Source of the DNA: a virus
Taxonomy: Duplodnaviria > Heunggongvirae > Uroviricota > Caudoviricetes
IMG/VR virus record: IMGVR_UViG_3300037312_000757
DNA length: 64,000 bases
Direction: 5' to 3' (one strand)
In this document: positions 55,667 through 64,000 of the stretch, one piece after another
Layout of the letters: each line of letters begins with the position of its first letter
Numbering within the stretch: position 1 is the stretch's first letter
Program-made: the position numbers and the translations under genes
Notes under the pieces: model-generated
Database searches by the model: none
What the model saw: the letters and a program-made list of their open reading frames with translations, nothing else
What the model was told of the DNA's origin: nothing

Positions 55667-55959
55667 TGTAGTTCTTTCAACAGAAAGTCGCGAAGCTTGG
55701 CTGCTTTCTCGACGGTGTCCTTGTACATTTTCTCGATGGCTTCAGCATCAAGCTTCTTCGTGCGATAGTCGCTCGCAGTATCAGCAGGACGTGTTTTGAT
55801 AACACCACCACGCCCATCGACAATGCGTTCGGAACGATACGTGAACCATCCGTAATTACCAGCGTCTGTCCACGTCACATTTGTAACCTTGTGAATCTGG
55901 TGTCGATGATTGATAACCAGATCACCTGCTTGATACATTTGTTTATCGCGTTGCCTCAC
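55663..55959 (-). CDS. Hypothetical protein
   Basis: Coupled ORF. Confidence 0.5.
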   Translation of the reverse strand: MRQRDKQMYQAGDLVINHRHQIHKVTNVTWTDAGNYGWFTYRSERIVDGRGGVIKTRPADTASDYRTKKLDAEAIEKMYKDTVEKAAKLRDFLLKELQ

Positions 55960-56540
55960 TTGATACCCCGCACCAGGTTGAATGCATGTTGATGCACTTG
56001 AAGAATACGTTCAAGCATTTCATCCTGCGTCATGCGCTTTAGCGTCTGTCGATGGAACTGTTCATCTGGGAGAATGATGTCCAAAGCATTGCTGATGTCT
56101 TGCGGTGTGCATGCCATTTCGTGAATGATCTCGAAACGGAATGCGGCCAGTCCTTCACCCAGGTAATTTACAGCGCAATACGTGTCCAAGTCCACGATTT
56201 CTTTGTTCATCGTGGTCCAATAAGAACTTTGTGTTCCAGTCTGGCCGTGTGCAGCTGGCGTGATCTTTCGGTCAGCCATCAAGTCGAGCAGGATGCCCGA
56301 ATGTTTGTGTTCGTCTTCACCGATGTTTGCAAATACGCGACGAATGCGATCATCTATCACGAACTGATCAGGAGCGGCCATTTGCTGTTCATACGTGTGG
56401 TTGAGCAGCATGTCGTAGTCCAAACCACCTTCGATCTCAGTGATCTGAAGCTTTTGAAGCCAACGAGCCATCTTCACCGGATCTGCGCAGCACTTTTTCC
56501 ACCATTCCTTGGTGAATTCAATATCGTCGTTCGAGTACAT
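55956..56540 (-). CDS. Ferritin-like di-iron protein
   Basis: Paired E...DExxH motifs (DEHKH, DEQFH). Confidence 0.75.
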   Translation of the reverse strand: MYSNDDIEFTKEWWKKCCADPVKMARWLQKLQITEIEGGLDYDMLLNHTYEQQMAAPDQFVIDDRIRRVFANIGEDEHKHSGILLDLMADRKITPAAHGQTGTQSSYWTTMNKEIVDLDTYCAVNYLGEGLAAFRFEIIHEMACTPQDISNALDIILPDEQFHRQTLKRMTQDEMLERILQVHQHAFNLVRGIK

Positions 56541-57040
56541 CAGCTTGCGGCCTCTTCGTAGTCATCAGAATCGTCTATAAAGCGACCGCGTGGTGTCGGT
56601 GTACGCTTTACCTTCTTGCGTGATTGCTCAGGGTCCACAGTCGTTACCGTGACCACTGCATGATTCTTTACCACTGCAAACGCACCGTTACCGAGTGGCA
56701 CCTTTGCATCACCCAGAGTGGCAACAACGTTTTCAACCTTCTCACTTGCAATCAGCTGGCGAATTGCATCAACATCCACACCCATAACGCGCTCGATGTA
56801 ACGCAAAATGGCATGATCAGAAACGGTAAGCTTCTTGGGAATCAGCGTCTCGATCAGATCCTCAAGTCGTTTCTTCTCCTCAAGCAGCTCGTTCATACGA
56901 GCGGTGAGCTGACGTTGTTCTGCCTTCATTTCGTCAAGACTCACGTCGATCTTTGCGAGTCTTTTCTTCAGCGAGGTGATTTGTTCACCTTTATCAACGT
57001 ATGCCATTTTTGTAGGTGTAATTTTTGCAGTGCTTGCCAT
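56540..57040 (-). CDS. Coiled coil + HA..RY.ER domain protein (possibly RelE-like nuclease fold)
   Basis: VSDHAILRYIER...VVKNHAVVTV. Confidence 0.5.
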   Translation of the reverse strand: MASTAKITPTKMAYVDKGEQITSLKKRLAKIDVSLDEMKAEQRQLTARMNELLEEKKRLEDLIETLIPKKLTVSDHAILRYIERVMGVDVDAIRQLIASEKVENVVATLGDAKVPLGNGAFAVVKNHAVVTVTTVDPEQSRKKVKRTPTPRGRFIDDSDDYEEAAS

Positions 57041-57105
57041 TATACACAAATGGCAAAGGCCGGGAACGCTAATTCCCGGCCTTTTTACCAGTTTGAAGTG
57101 GTGAT

Positions 57106-57329
57106 TTACCGCTTTTTCTTCTTCTTTTTCTTCTCATGCTCCCATTCACCAAACAAAACAAGCGCCAATACGGCAACGCCAATCCAAATTTCTTCGGTCG
57201 TTGTTAGATGAATCGAGATAGGATGAACGGCAGGCGTTGCTGCAGAGTTAGGGGCATTCGCTGCTTGATGCTGCGCAAACGCTGAAAATGAAAGAACTAG
57301 GAGTAGTGTGGCGAAGAGCGTTTTCATAC
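57106..57329 (-). CDS. Small secreted/membrane protein with poly-Lys tail
   Basis: Signal peptide, TM segment, KKKKKKKR; start approximate. Confidence 0.55.
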
Positions 57330-57675
57330 CACTATTTACGATTTCGCCTACGAAGGTACGTGTCAAGCACGACCCATGCCACTAATACCGCAGTGACAGC
57401 GAACCACAAAATAATAACATCTCGTGCGTTGTCTGGCATGTTGGCCTCGTATTCAGTTGCCACATGTTACTGCATCGCAACATGCCAGTCAAGCAAATGC
57501 CTACAGCTTTATAATCACGCGTTTGCCGATGTGACCCACTTTCTCTACGCCGACTTTGCTGATCTCGTCGAGATAGTTTGTGCGCTGACCCTGAACATAC
57601 ACGACGGTATCACCGTCAATGCGTCCTTCGGTAATACCCTTCAGCAGCTTGTTGATTAGATCGTTGACTGTCATT

Positions 57676-57780
57676 TTATTTTTGTTCATATTTCTTCATC
57701 AAGCGATCAACTTCGATTGATGCATGTACGGTGAGAACGATACAACCTACTATCACGATCAAACCCAGACAAACCCACAT
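57676..57780 (-). CDS. 34-aa membrane peptide
   Basis: MWVCLGLIVIVGCIVLTVHASIEVDRLMKKYEQK, TAATG-coupled; not in the ORF track. Confidence 0.45.
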   Translation of the reverse strand: MWVCLGLIVIVGCIVLTVHASIEVDRLMKKYEQK

Positions 57781-58106
57781 TACGTATTCTCCAGATCTTT
57801 CTGGGTGATCTTGATTGCTGGCGGAGTTGGGAAGTCACTGACGTCGTACTCTTCGCCATTTTCATCCAAGTATTCCTTGAATGCCTTGACGTAGTCAACT
57901 TTGCGATAAGCCTTGACGAAGTTCACAACGGTCGTTGGATGGCCGAAATGCTTCGACAGGTGCTCGATTGCATCAGCAGCCGCTTCCATACGATGCATGC
58001 TTTCAGTGCAGTCATGCACATAAAATGGAATAGCGTTGGAGATCCATTGTGTAGCCAGCGCGTCAATCACTTCATGCAGAGTGACCGTTTTATCTTGTAG
58101 TGCCAT
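57780..58106 (-). CDS. Hypothetical protein
   Basis: MALQDKTV... follows the upstream stop. Confidence 0.5.
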   Translation of the reverse strand: MALQDKTVTLHEVIDALATQWISNAIPFYVHDCTESMHRMEAAADAIEHLSKHFGHPTTVVNFVKAYRKVDYVKAFKEYLDENGEEYDVSDFPTPPAIKITQKDLENT

Positions 58107-58107
58107 G

Positions 58108-58380
58108 TTATTTTGTGAGAGCAGTGAATGCGCGAGAAATTTCATCACGTGCTACTTCAATTGCACGATCGGTCTTGCGCGTCCATTCGGAGTCGTTGTA
58201 ACCAAGAGCTTCGCCCAGCGCATTATTTGCACGGCGGAGGGCACCGCAAACTTCCTGCTTGGTCTGACTAAAATCAATGGAGCCAGCCTTCTTGCCAAGA
58301 TCGAGAGCGAGTTGCGCTTCCGCATTGCCAGCAGCGGCAAGACGCTCTAAGACGCTCTTGTAGATGAGCTCTGCGTTCAT
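58108..58380 (-). CDS. Hypothetical protein
   Basis: Coupled ORF. Confidence 0.5.
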   Translation of the reverse strand: MNAELIYKSVLERLAAAGNAEAQLALDLGKKAGSIDFSQTKQEVCGALRRANNALGEALGYNDSEWTRKTDRAIEVARDEISRAFTALTK

Positions 58381-58556
58381 TGCTCTTCTTTCCCGTTGAA
58401 AATACAGGTGGCTTCTACACGATCTGACCTTTCACGTTTGCTGATCCACGACGCAACAGCTTGGCATCGCTCTTGTGTTTTGAACTCTTGGAACGAATAT
58501 AGGTGATCATACGCTGCATGATTGTAGAGCGTACTCATTACGATTAGAAGCCACAT
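58377..58556 (-). CDS. Small phage protein
   Basis: MWLLIVM...QEFKTQERCQAV...ATC; start moved downstream of the tRNA terminator. Confidence 0.55.
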   Translation of the reverse strand: MWLLIVMSTLYNHAAYDHLYSFQEFKTQERCQAVASWISKRERSDRVEATCIFNGKEEQ

Positions 58557-58574
58557 TTTCTTGTTCTTATTGTG

Positions 58575-58599
58575 AATGAGCCGCAAAACGCGGCTCATT
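58575..58599 (-). terminator. Hairpin 3' of the tRNA
   Basis: AATGAGCCGC-AAAAC-GCGGCTCATT. Confidence 0.6.
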
Positions 58600-58607
58600 G
58601 GGCTATT

Positions 58608-58692
58608 TGGTGCCCCGGGACGGACTCGAACCGTCAAGCCTTTCGGCGGCAGATTTTGAGTCTGCTGTGTTTTCCAGTTTCACCACCGGGGC
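58608..58692 (-). tRNA. tRNA-Leu(CAA)
   Basis: GCCCCGG acceptor stem, anticodon arm GCAGA-CTCAAAA-TCTGC, long variable arm, GGTTCGAGTCC, encoded CCA; 85 nt. Confidence 0.97.
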
Positions 58693-58699
58693 ATACAGC

Positions 58700-58879
58700 T
58701 TACTTCGCTGCGTCTTCCTTCTTGTCCTTGCCGCGCGAACGAGCACGAACTTCGTTCGCGTGAATCGCTGCCGCTTCCGAGCGGATGACCGACTTCTCTG
58801 CCGTGCGATCGGTCGGGTGGCGCAGTGCTGCCATGATCTTCACCGACGTCGGAACCTTGATACCTTTTGCGAGCTTCAT
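58700..58879 (-). CDS. Small basic protein
   Basis: MKLAKGIKVPTSVK... after AGGA. Confidence 0.55.
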   Translation of the reverse strand: MKLAKGIKVPTSVKIMAALRHPTDRTAEKSVIRSEAAAIHANEVRARSRGKDKKEDAAK

Positions 58880-58958
58880 GTGTCTTTCCTGTAGAACAGT
58901 TTGTTTCGAGAGTTCGTATTCTACATTTGGCATGCCAGTTGTCAACAAAAATATGGCA

Positions 58959-58983
58959 AAAAGGGGAGCAATGCTCCCCTTTT
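58959..58983. terminator. Intrinsic terminator
   Basis: AAAAGGGGAGC-AAT-GCTCCCCTTTT. Confidence 0.75.
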
Positions 58984-59001
58984 CATTTAGCCAATTGAAA
59001 C

Positions 59002-59319
59002 TTAGGCGATTGTGTGCTGGTCGAACATTGCGACATTGTACTGGCCAACGTACTGTGTCTTGTATGCATCCCATGAGTCGATGTCTGCCTTGTTGGCATT
59101 GTAGAATGCCATGTAGTCAGCTTCTGAATCCCATGTTGAGATGTATGACAGTTGCAGGTTGTCTGATGATGTTGATGTTGTCTCACCACGGAAACCTGTT
59201 GCTGAAGAACGCAGACCTTCAATCTTGTCGTGCAGTGTCTTCATGTCTGCTGTGATAACGTCCATGATGAATGGAACAGTTGTGTGACGACGCTTGTATG
59301 TCAATGTGCGTGTAAACAT
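59002..59319 (-). CDS. Late hypothetical protein
   Basis: MFTRTLTY... after GGAG; TAAATA at 59362-59367. Confidence 0.6.
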   Translation of the reverse strand: MFTRTLTYKRRHTTVPFIMDVITADMKTLHDKIEGLRSSATGFRGETTSTSSDNLQLSYISTWDSEADYMAFYNANKADIDSWDAYKTQYVGQYNVAMFDQHTIA

Positions 59320-59364
59320 TTCTTTTCTCTCCAAATGAACCAGAGATGATCCCTGGCTCAATAT

Positions 59365-59691
59365 TTATCTGTAGAGATCGCGATTTGAAGTGCCTACTTT
59401 TGGCGTTTCCTCATCCAAACTCGACCAATCGTTCTTGATTAGTTCTTGGAGCAGCACATACTTGCCATCAATTTCCGTCACCAATTCATAAATTCGGCCA
59501 TCAATCCAGTACATGTGAGAACAAACATGAGTTCCACAGCTCGCTTCGTTTGGCCGAATGTGCTTGATTAATTCTCGAATGAATTCTTCTTCCTTACCTT
59601 CAAGCTTTCGAGTTGAATATGGCACAATTTTCTCCATCAAAGCAGCAGATGGCCTGAAATCTTTGTAGGGATTATCGCTCAGTTTAGTCAT
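59365..59691 (-). CDS. Hypothetical protein
   Basis: MTKLSDNPY... Confidence 0.5.
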   Translation of the reverse strand: MTKLSDNPYKDFRPSAALMEKIVPYSTRKLEGKEEEFIRELIKHIRPNEASCGTHVCSHMYWIDGRIYELVTEIDGKYVLLQELIKNDWSSLDEETPKVGTSNRDLYR

Positions 59692-60061
59692 AGCAGATGA
59701 GGACGTAGACACCATAGGTGATGGTCACATAAGTTAGTTGATGCACAAGCTGGTCCATACCCATCTCATGCCAGAAGCGTTGTTCGCCAGGATTCTTCGA
59801 ACCGTACTTCATTTTGACGAAGTCACAGTGATAATGAACGACACCGTCAAACAACGCCAGAAGCAAAAGGCCGACCGGATATTCGATGAAAAGGAAGGGC
59901 AACAGAACAACCATCGTTCCTAGCACATGCTCAAGTGTATGCCCAAGTCCCACCAAGTTACCATAGCATCCCTTCGTCTGCACTTGCGCGGTAGTCTGCA
60001 AGTAGAAGTCAGCAAAGAAATGCTTCACCTGCATGAGCAGCATGAGAAAAATGAGGCTCAT
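59684..60061 (-). CDS. DUF3307-family membrane protein
   Basis: KHFFADFYLQ, H..EH, HYHCD, DQLVH. Confidence 0.8.
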   Translation of the reverse strand: MSLIFLMLLMQVKHFFADFYLQTTAQVQTKGCYGNLVGLGHTLEHVLGTMVVLLPFLFIEYPVGLLLLALFDGVVHYHCDFVKMKYGSKNPGEQRFWHEMGMDQLVHQLTYVTITYGVYVLICYD

Positions 60062-60351
60062 GACAGCACCATGTACAACCCTTTCTGCAGGTAGCCCATA
60101 GCTGCCAAATCATCCATAATGATTTGAATACTGTCTTCCTTCGTATCTGCTTCGCCACGTTGAACTAACTCTTCAACGTCTGCTGGTACCGCATGGCCAG
60201 TCACATTGATCGGAAATGCCATGTGGCGAATAGTACTCGTTACACCGAATTCATCCACATCGTAAACTTCTTGAATGAGCTGGCAGAGATCATAAATGCG
60301 AATCACCAATGCCTGTTCAGTTGGCACTTTCGGGTCTTCGATGATGTTCAT
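60058..60351 (-). CDS. Hypothetical protein
   Basis: MNIIEDPK... after AGGA. Confidence 0.5.
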   Translation of the reverse strand: MNIIEDPKVPTEQALVIRIYDLCQLIQEVYDVDEFGVTSTIRHMAFPINVTGHAVPADVEELVQRGEADTKEDSIQIIMDDLAAMGYLQKGLYMVLS

Positions 60352-60445
60352 TTGCTTCCTAGAATTGTTATTGTTGTGTTGCCAATTATTGCATTGGCGC
60401 ACCAATCTGTAAATAGAGGGAATAACCACTGTTTTAATCAACGAT

Positions 60446-61849
60446 ATGCGTTACAACGAAATTTTAAATGAACTGAAGATGAACCCGGGCCATTTGGCAA
60501 AGTTTGCAGCCAAATCAGGTGATGAAATCGTAGGTGGCTTCGAAGCAGAATGTATTTTGGCTGACGTCCGTGATGCGGAAAGTGGACCAGATTATTCTGT
60601 GGATGGACGCTTTGGCTACCGAGTTGACATGAGTGACATGGAATCATTCTTTGAGCTAGATTCACGCACTGATGCTGGTATGCGTAAACTTGAGCAAAGT
60701 TACGACGAATGGAAAGAATCATCGGTCAAAAACTTCATCGACGAACACGTTGAAGATTTGGCTACGGAAATGGCTGAGGATCACAACCATCGTCATGATG
60801 AAGAAGATCACATGGATCCCAAGGAGTTCGAATATGAAGCTCGTGAAGAGCTCAAAGATCGTGCAGAAAACAAGTTGGATTTGAGCTTGCATCAGTTCCT
60901 TTGGGAACATGGCCATATCACTGATTGGCGTGAAGTATCAGATGAATTCGATATTCCTTGGCCGCATATGCTTGAAGCTCCTGATGGTTCTGCGTGGGAT
61001 GAAGACATTGCTTTGGATGCCGCAGAACAGTTGAAACGATATCTGAGTAAACCAATCAAAGTCAATAACGAGTATCATGGTGAACGCAAGGCTGGTTCCT
61101 ACCACATTGAACCAGACACCAGTTTGACACCAGAAGATGGGACCGATATGGGCATCGAAATCGTTAGTCCCCCTATGAAATTGGACGAGATGATCGAAGA
61201 TCTCGAGAACGTCATGCAGTTCATCGACTTCAACGCGTACACGAACGATTCCACTGGTTTGCACATCAACCTAAGTATTCCTAACACCGAGGTTGATTAC
61301 ACTAAGCTGGTTTTGTTCATGGGTGATGCTCATGTTCTCCAAACTTTTGGACGTCAAGCGAACACATATGCTCAGAGTTCATTACGTGACTTGAATGGAT
61401 TAGTGCAGCGAGGTGAAGCGAGTCGTGCGTTTGATCTGTTAAAACAGGGGTTGCTTGATACTGCTGGTAAAACGTTGCGCGATAGAAATTTGGGCAAATA
61501 TTTCAGCGTCAACATGCAATCTGGTTATGTTGAATTCCGTAGTATTGGTGGTGACTACATTATCATGTGGAACGATATCAAGAACACAATTCTTCGATTT
61601 GCTCAGGCATTGAAGGTGGCTACTGATCCAATGGCAGAACGTAAAGAGTACGCATTAAAGCTCTACAAGCTTCTGTCACAAGGCGGAAAGTATGATGGAT
61701 ACAAGGACGCAGTCCAGGTATTCTCAATGTATGGAAGTGGAGTGCTGTCGAAAGACAAGATGCGCGAATACTTGCGTACCCGCGCACAGGATAGAAATAC
61801 TATGAAGCAGACGTTGTTGAGTCCTGACCAGCAGCAGTTGAAGCAGTAG
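60446..61849 (+). CDS. Putative amidoligase (COOH-NH2 ligase, Amidoligase_2-like)
   Basis: GFEAE, EPDTSL, EIVSP, TNDSTGLHINLS, KYFSVN, VEFRSIGG; TAAATA at 60410-60415. Confidence 0.8.
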   Translation: MRYNEILNELKMNPGHLAKFAAKSGDEIVGGFEAECILADVRDAESGPDYSVDGRFGYRVDMSDMESFFELDSRTDAGMRKLEQSYDEWKESSVKNFIDEHVEDLATEMAEDHNHRHDEEDHMDPKEFEYEAREELKDRAENKLDLSLHQFLWEHGHITDWREVSDEFDIPWPHMLEAPDGSAWDEDIALDAAEQLKRYLSKPIKVNNEYHGERKAGSYHIEPDTSLTPEDGTDMGIEIVSPPMKLDEMIEDLENVMQFIDFNAYTNDSTGLHINLSIPNTEVDYTKLVLFMGDAHVLQTFGRQANTYAQSSLRDLNGLVQRGEASRAFDLLKQGLLDTAGKTLRDRNLGKYFSVNMQSGYVEFRSIGGDYIIMWNDIKNTILRFAQALKVATDPMAERKEYALKLYKLLSQGGKYDGYKDAVQVFSMYGSGVLSKDKMREYLRTRAQDRNTMKQTLLSPDQQQLKQ

Positions 61850-62312
61850 TCGTATCAGTAGTCGAAGCAGCCGTTGTTGAATCAGCGGCTGTCGTCGTTT
61901 CTGGCGGGGTTGTGGTGCCTTCAGATGTGACAGTAGAGGTCGTACCGTCATCCTTTGTCACAGTACCGGTAATAGTAGGCTGAACAATCGTACTGGCTTG
62001 CGCAGCAGCCATTTGGCCGGCTGATACGGTTTGAGACGTGATCGTTGGTATTTGTGTCTTCAGCACTGGGGTAACAGCAACGGTGCAATCCTTGCTTACA
62101 AAGGTGGCCATACTGATAGGTGAATCCTTTGGATCAACATAGGTATAGTCAGCCAATGCGGTAGTCAGGGCATCCAAGTCTGTCAGTGAACCGCTCGACA
62201 TTTCACACTTGGTACCACCATTACCATCACTTTCATAGAGCATGAAATAAATGGTTGCAACACCAACTTCAATCTGTGATGCGAAAATTGTTTGGAGATC
62301 AGTCTTTGTCAT
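61800..62312 (-). CDS. Thr-rich hypothetical protein, probably late
   Basis: GAGG RBS, TAAATA at 62334-62339, T/S/A-rich tail. Confidence 0.55.
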   Translation of the reverse strand: MTKTDLQTIFASQIEVGVATIYFMLYESDGNGGTKCEMSSGSLTDLDALTTALADYTYVDPKDSPISMATFVSKDCTVAVTPVLKTQIPTITSQTVSAGQMAAAQASTIVQPTITGTVTKDDGTTSTVTSEGTTTPPETTTAADSTTAASTTDTTTASTAAGQDSTTSAS

Positions 62313-62336
62313 ATCAACCTCAAATTGTATGATTAT

Positions 62337-63680
62337 TTAGCGACCGATTGCCATGTACATAAAGCCAAGATCAGTAAGCATTTCAGGCTCAAACAAGTTC
62401 CGACCATCGAAGATCGCCGCTTCGCGCATACGTTCCTTCAGAACCTTGAAATCTGGTGACTTGAATTCCTTCCACTCTGTCACAATAAACAGACCACACA
62501 CATCGTACGCCGCATCATTTGCATAGCTGCAGAAGTCGATACGTGTGAGCTCTTCGGCAGTCAGATCGAGTGCCAACACACGTTTTGCTTCATCAGTGGC
62601 CACAGGATCGTAGACACGGACCTTACAACCAAGATCCAACAAGTCCTTGATGATTGTGCGACTTGGTGCTTCGCGCATGTCATCTGTGCCTGGCTTGAAG
62701 GCAAGACCCCAGATTGCCAACGTCTTACCGGCAATCGACTCGCCATAATAACGCTTTGCCTTCTCAACCAGGATATGCTTCTGTTCCTCGTTGACTTGCT
62801 CAACGGCCTGCAGAATGCGTAGATCGACGCCATTGCTGTCTGCCGTTCGAATCAATGCCTGGACGTCCTTTGGGAAACAAGAGCCTCCATACCCGCATCC
62901 AGCGTACAGGAAGTGATATCCAATGCGAGGGTCGGATCCAATTCCACGACGTACTGATTCAATGTCAACATCAGTAGCCTCAGCCAAACGTGACAATTCG
63001 TTCATAAACGAAATACGTGTGGCGAGCATGGAATTTGCTGCGTACTTTGTGAATTCGGCCGAGCGAATGTCCATCGTGATGATGCGGTCGTGGTTGCGGT
63101 TGAATGGTGCATACAACTGCTTCATCATGTCAAGCGCTTTGGTCGCATTGGGGTTGGCACCAAGAATGATGCGATCAGGACGCATGCAGTCATCAATAGC
63201 CGCACCTTCTTTCAGGAATTCCGGGTTGGACACAACATCGTAGTCAACCGAGAAGTTGCGCCTCAGCAGTTCACCCATAATCGCGTCCTTGACTCTGTCA
63301 CCTGTACCAACTGGCACGGTCGACTTGTTGACAACCACTTTGTATCCGAGCATGTGTTTGCCAATGTTCTTTGCCGCGTGCAAGACATACTTCAAATCAG
63401 CTGAGCCGTCTTCATCTGGTGGGGTACCAACTGCGATGAATTGAACGTCGCCGTGTTCAACGCTTTCTTCGATGTTGGTTGTAAACCGGAGCTTACCACG
63501 TTCAACGTTGCTCTTGATCAGTGCATCAAGCCCTGGTTCGAAAATTGGTACACCACCGTTGTTTAGGATATCGATCTTTCGATGGTCAAGATCAAGACAC
63601 AATACGTCGTTGCCAACTTCAGCCAAACATACGCCAGTCACGAGGCCAACGTAGCCCGTTCCAATCACTGTTACTTTCAT
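62337..63680 (-). CDS. ugd: UDP-glucose 6-dehydrogenase
   Basis: [50 protein letters not shown]. Confidence 0.97.
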   Translation of the reverse strand: MKVTVIGTGYVGLVTGVCLAEVGNDVLCLDLDHRKIDILNNGGVPIFEPGLDALIKSNVERGKLRFTTNIEESVEHGDVQFIAVGTPPDEDGSADLKYVLHAAKNIGKHMLGYKVVVNKSTVPVGTGDRVKDAIMGELLRRNFSVDYDVVSNPEFLKEGAAIDDCMRPDRIILGANPNATKALDMMKQLYAPFNRNHDRIITMDIRSAEFTKYAANSMLATRISFMNELSRLAEATDVDIESVRRGIGSDPRIGYHFLYAGCGYGGSCFPKDVQALIRTADSNGVDLRILQAVEQVNEEQKHILVEKAKRYYGESIAGKTLAIWGLAFKPGTDDMREAPSRTIIKDLLDLGCKVRVYDPVATDEAKRVLALDLTAEELTRIDFCSYANDAAYDVCGLFIVTEWKEFKSPDFKVLKERMREAAIFDGRNLFEPEMLTDLGFMYMAIGR

Positions 63681-63842
63681 TGTTATTCTCTTGGGATGGA
63701 GAGGTTAAGTGCTTGTATGGTAACGCATTTATGCCAGAAAGAATATTATAAAAATGTTACAGAGGGTGGCAACCGTGTAATAAAACCGTAACATGCCATT
63801 CATAAAATACGGTTGCCAATTCGTAATGGCTACCGGACCCAT

Positions 63843-64000
63843 ATGAAACCAAAACTTAATCACTTCCGTTCGATCTTTGTATCGGACATACACCTTGGCA
63901 CACGCGGCTGTCAGGCAGAACTACTAAATGATTTCCTCAAGAATCATAGCTGCGACAATCTCTATTTGATCGGCGACATCATTGATGGCTGGCGCATGAA
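63843..64000 (+). CDS. UDP-2,3-diacylglucosamine hydrolase-like metallophosphoesterase (partial)
   Basis: Manual translation MKPKLNHFRSIFVSDIHLGTRGCQAELLNDFLKNHSCDNLYLIGDIIDGWRM. Confidence 0.8.
   Translation, partial: MKPKLNHFRSIFVSDIHLGTRGCQAELLNDFLKNHSCDNLYLIGDIIDGWRM

Noticed and set aside
58377-58637. Track ORF start overlapping the tRNA
   Set aside because: The N-terminal extension runs through the tRNA 3' end and terminator; the true start is probably 58556
1-64000. Genome-wide UGA=Trp reassignment (genetic code 4)
   Set aside because: Many genes end at TGA at plausible C-termini (e.g. 599, 2561) and many use ATGA/GTGA stop-start coupling; only two internal TGAs were found

Overview
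The window is part of a large lytic, T4-superfamily-like (jumbo) myophage genome. The host is probably a betaproteobacterium (Burkholderia/Paraburkholderia-like); this is inferred from the host-like dUTPase, Ugd, hybrid histidine kinase and a small secreted protein. Recognisable genes: rIIA/rIIB, PhoH, clamp-loader subunit, GroES-like co-chaperonin, a DnaE fragment, dUTPase, IscA, SleB-like hydrolase, M16 peptidase, GNAT, 2H phosphoesterase, macrodomain, Ser/Thr phosphatase, PAS and hybrid-kinase signalling proteins, a 1526-aa tail fibre, YqeY, HNH-RNA ligase, Pth2, tRNA-Leu(CAA), amidoligase, Ugd and an LpxH-like enzyme. Most notable and not visible in the ORF track: (1) an RF1-type class I release factor (PPT and GGQ motifs) whose frame is interrupted by one in-frame UGA at a position that is Trp in RF1, plus a second gene with an in-frame UGA at a Trp-equivalent position on a stem-loop, suggesting conditional UGA readthrough; (2) a ~445-nt promoter-driven, hairpin-rich non-coding RNA upstream of the GNAT gene; (3) an array of ~20 highly diverged paralogous small genes that contains two copies of a covarying structured RNA motif; (4) a conserved early-promoter/5'-leader motif and T4-like TAAATA late promoters. 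All family assignments are from motif recognition by eye; no database searches or folding programs were run.
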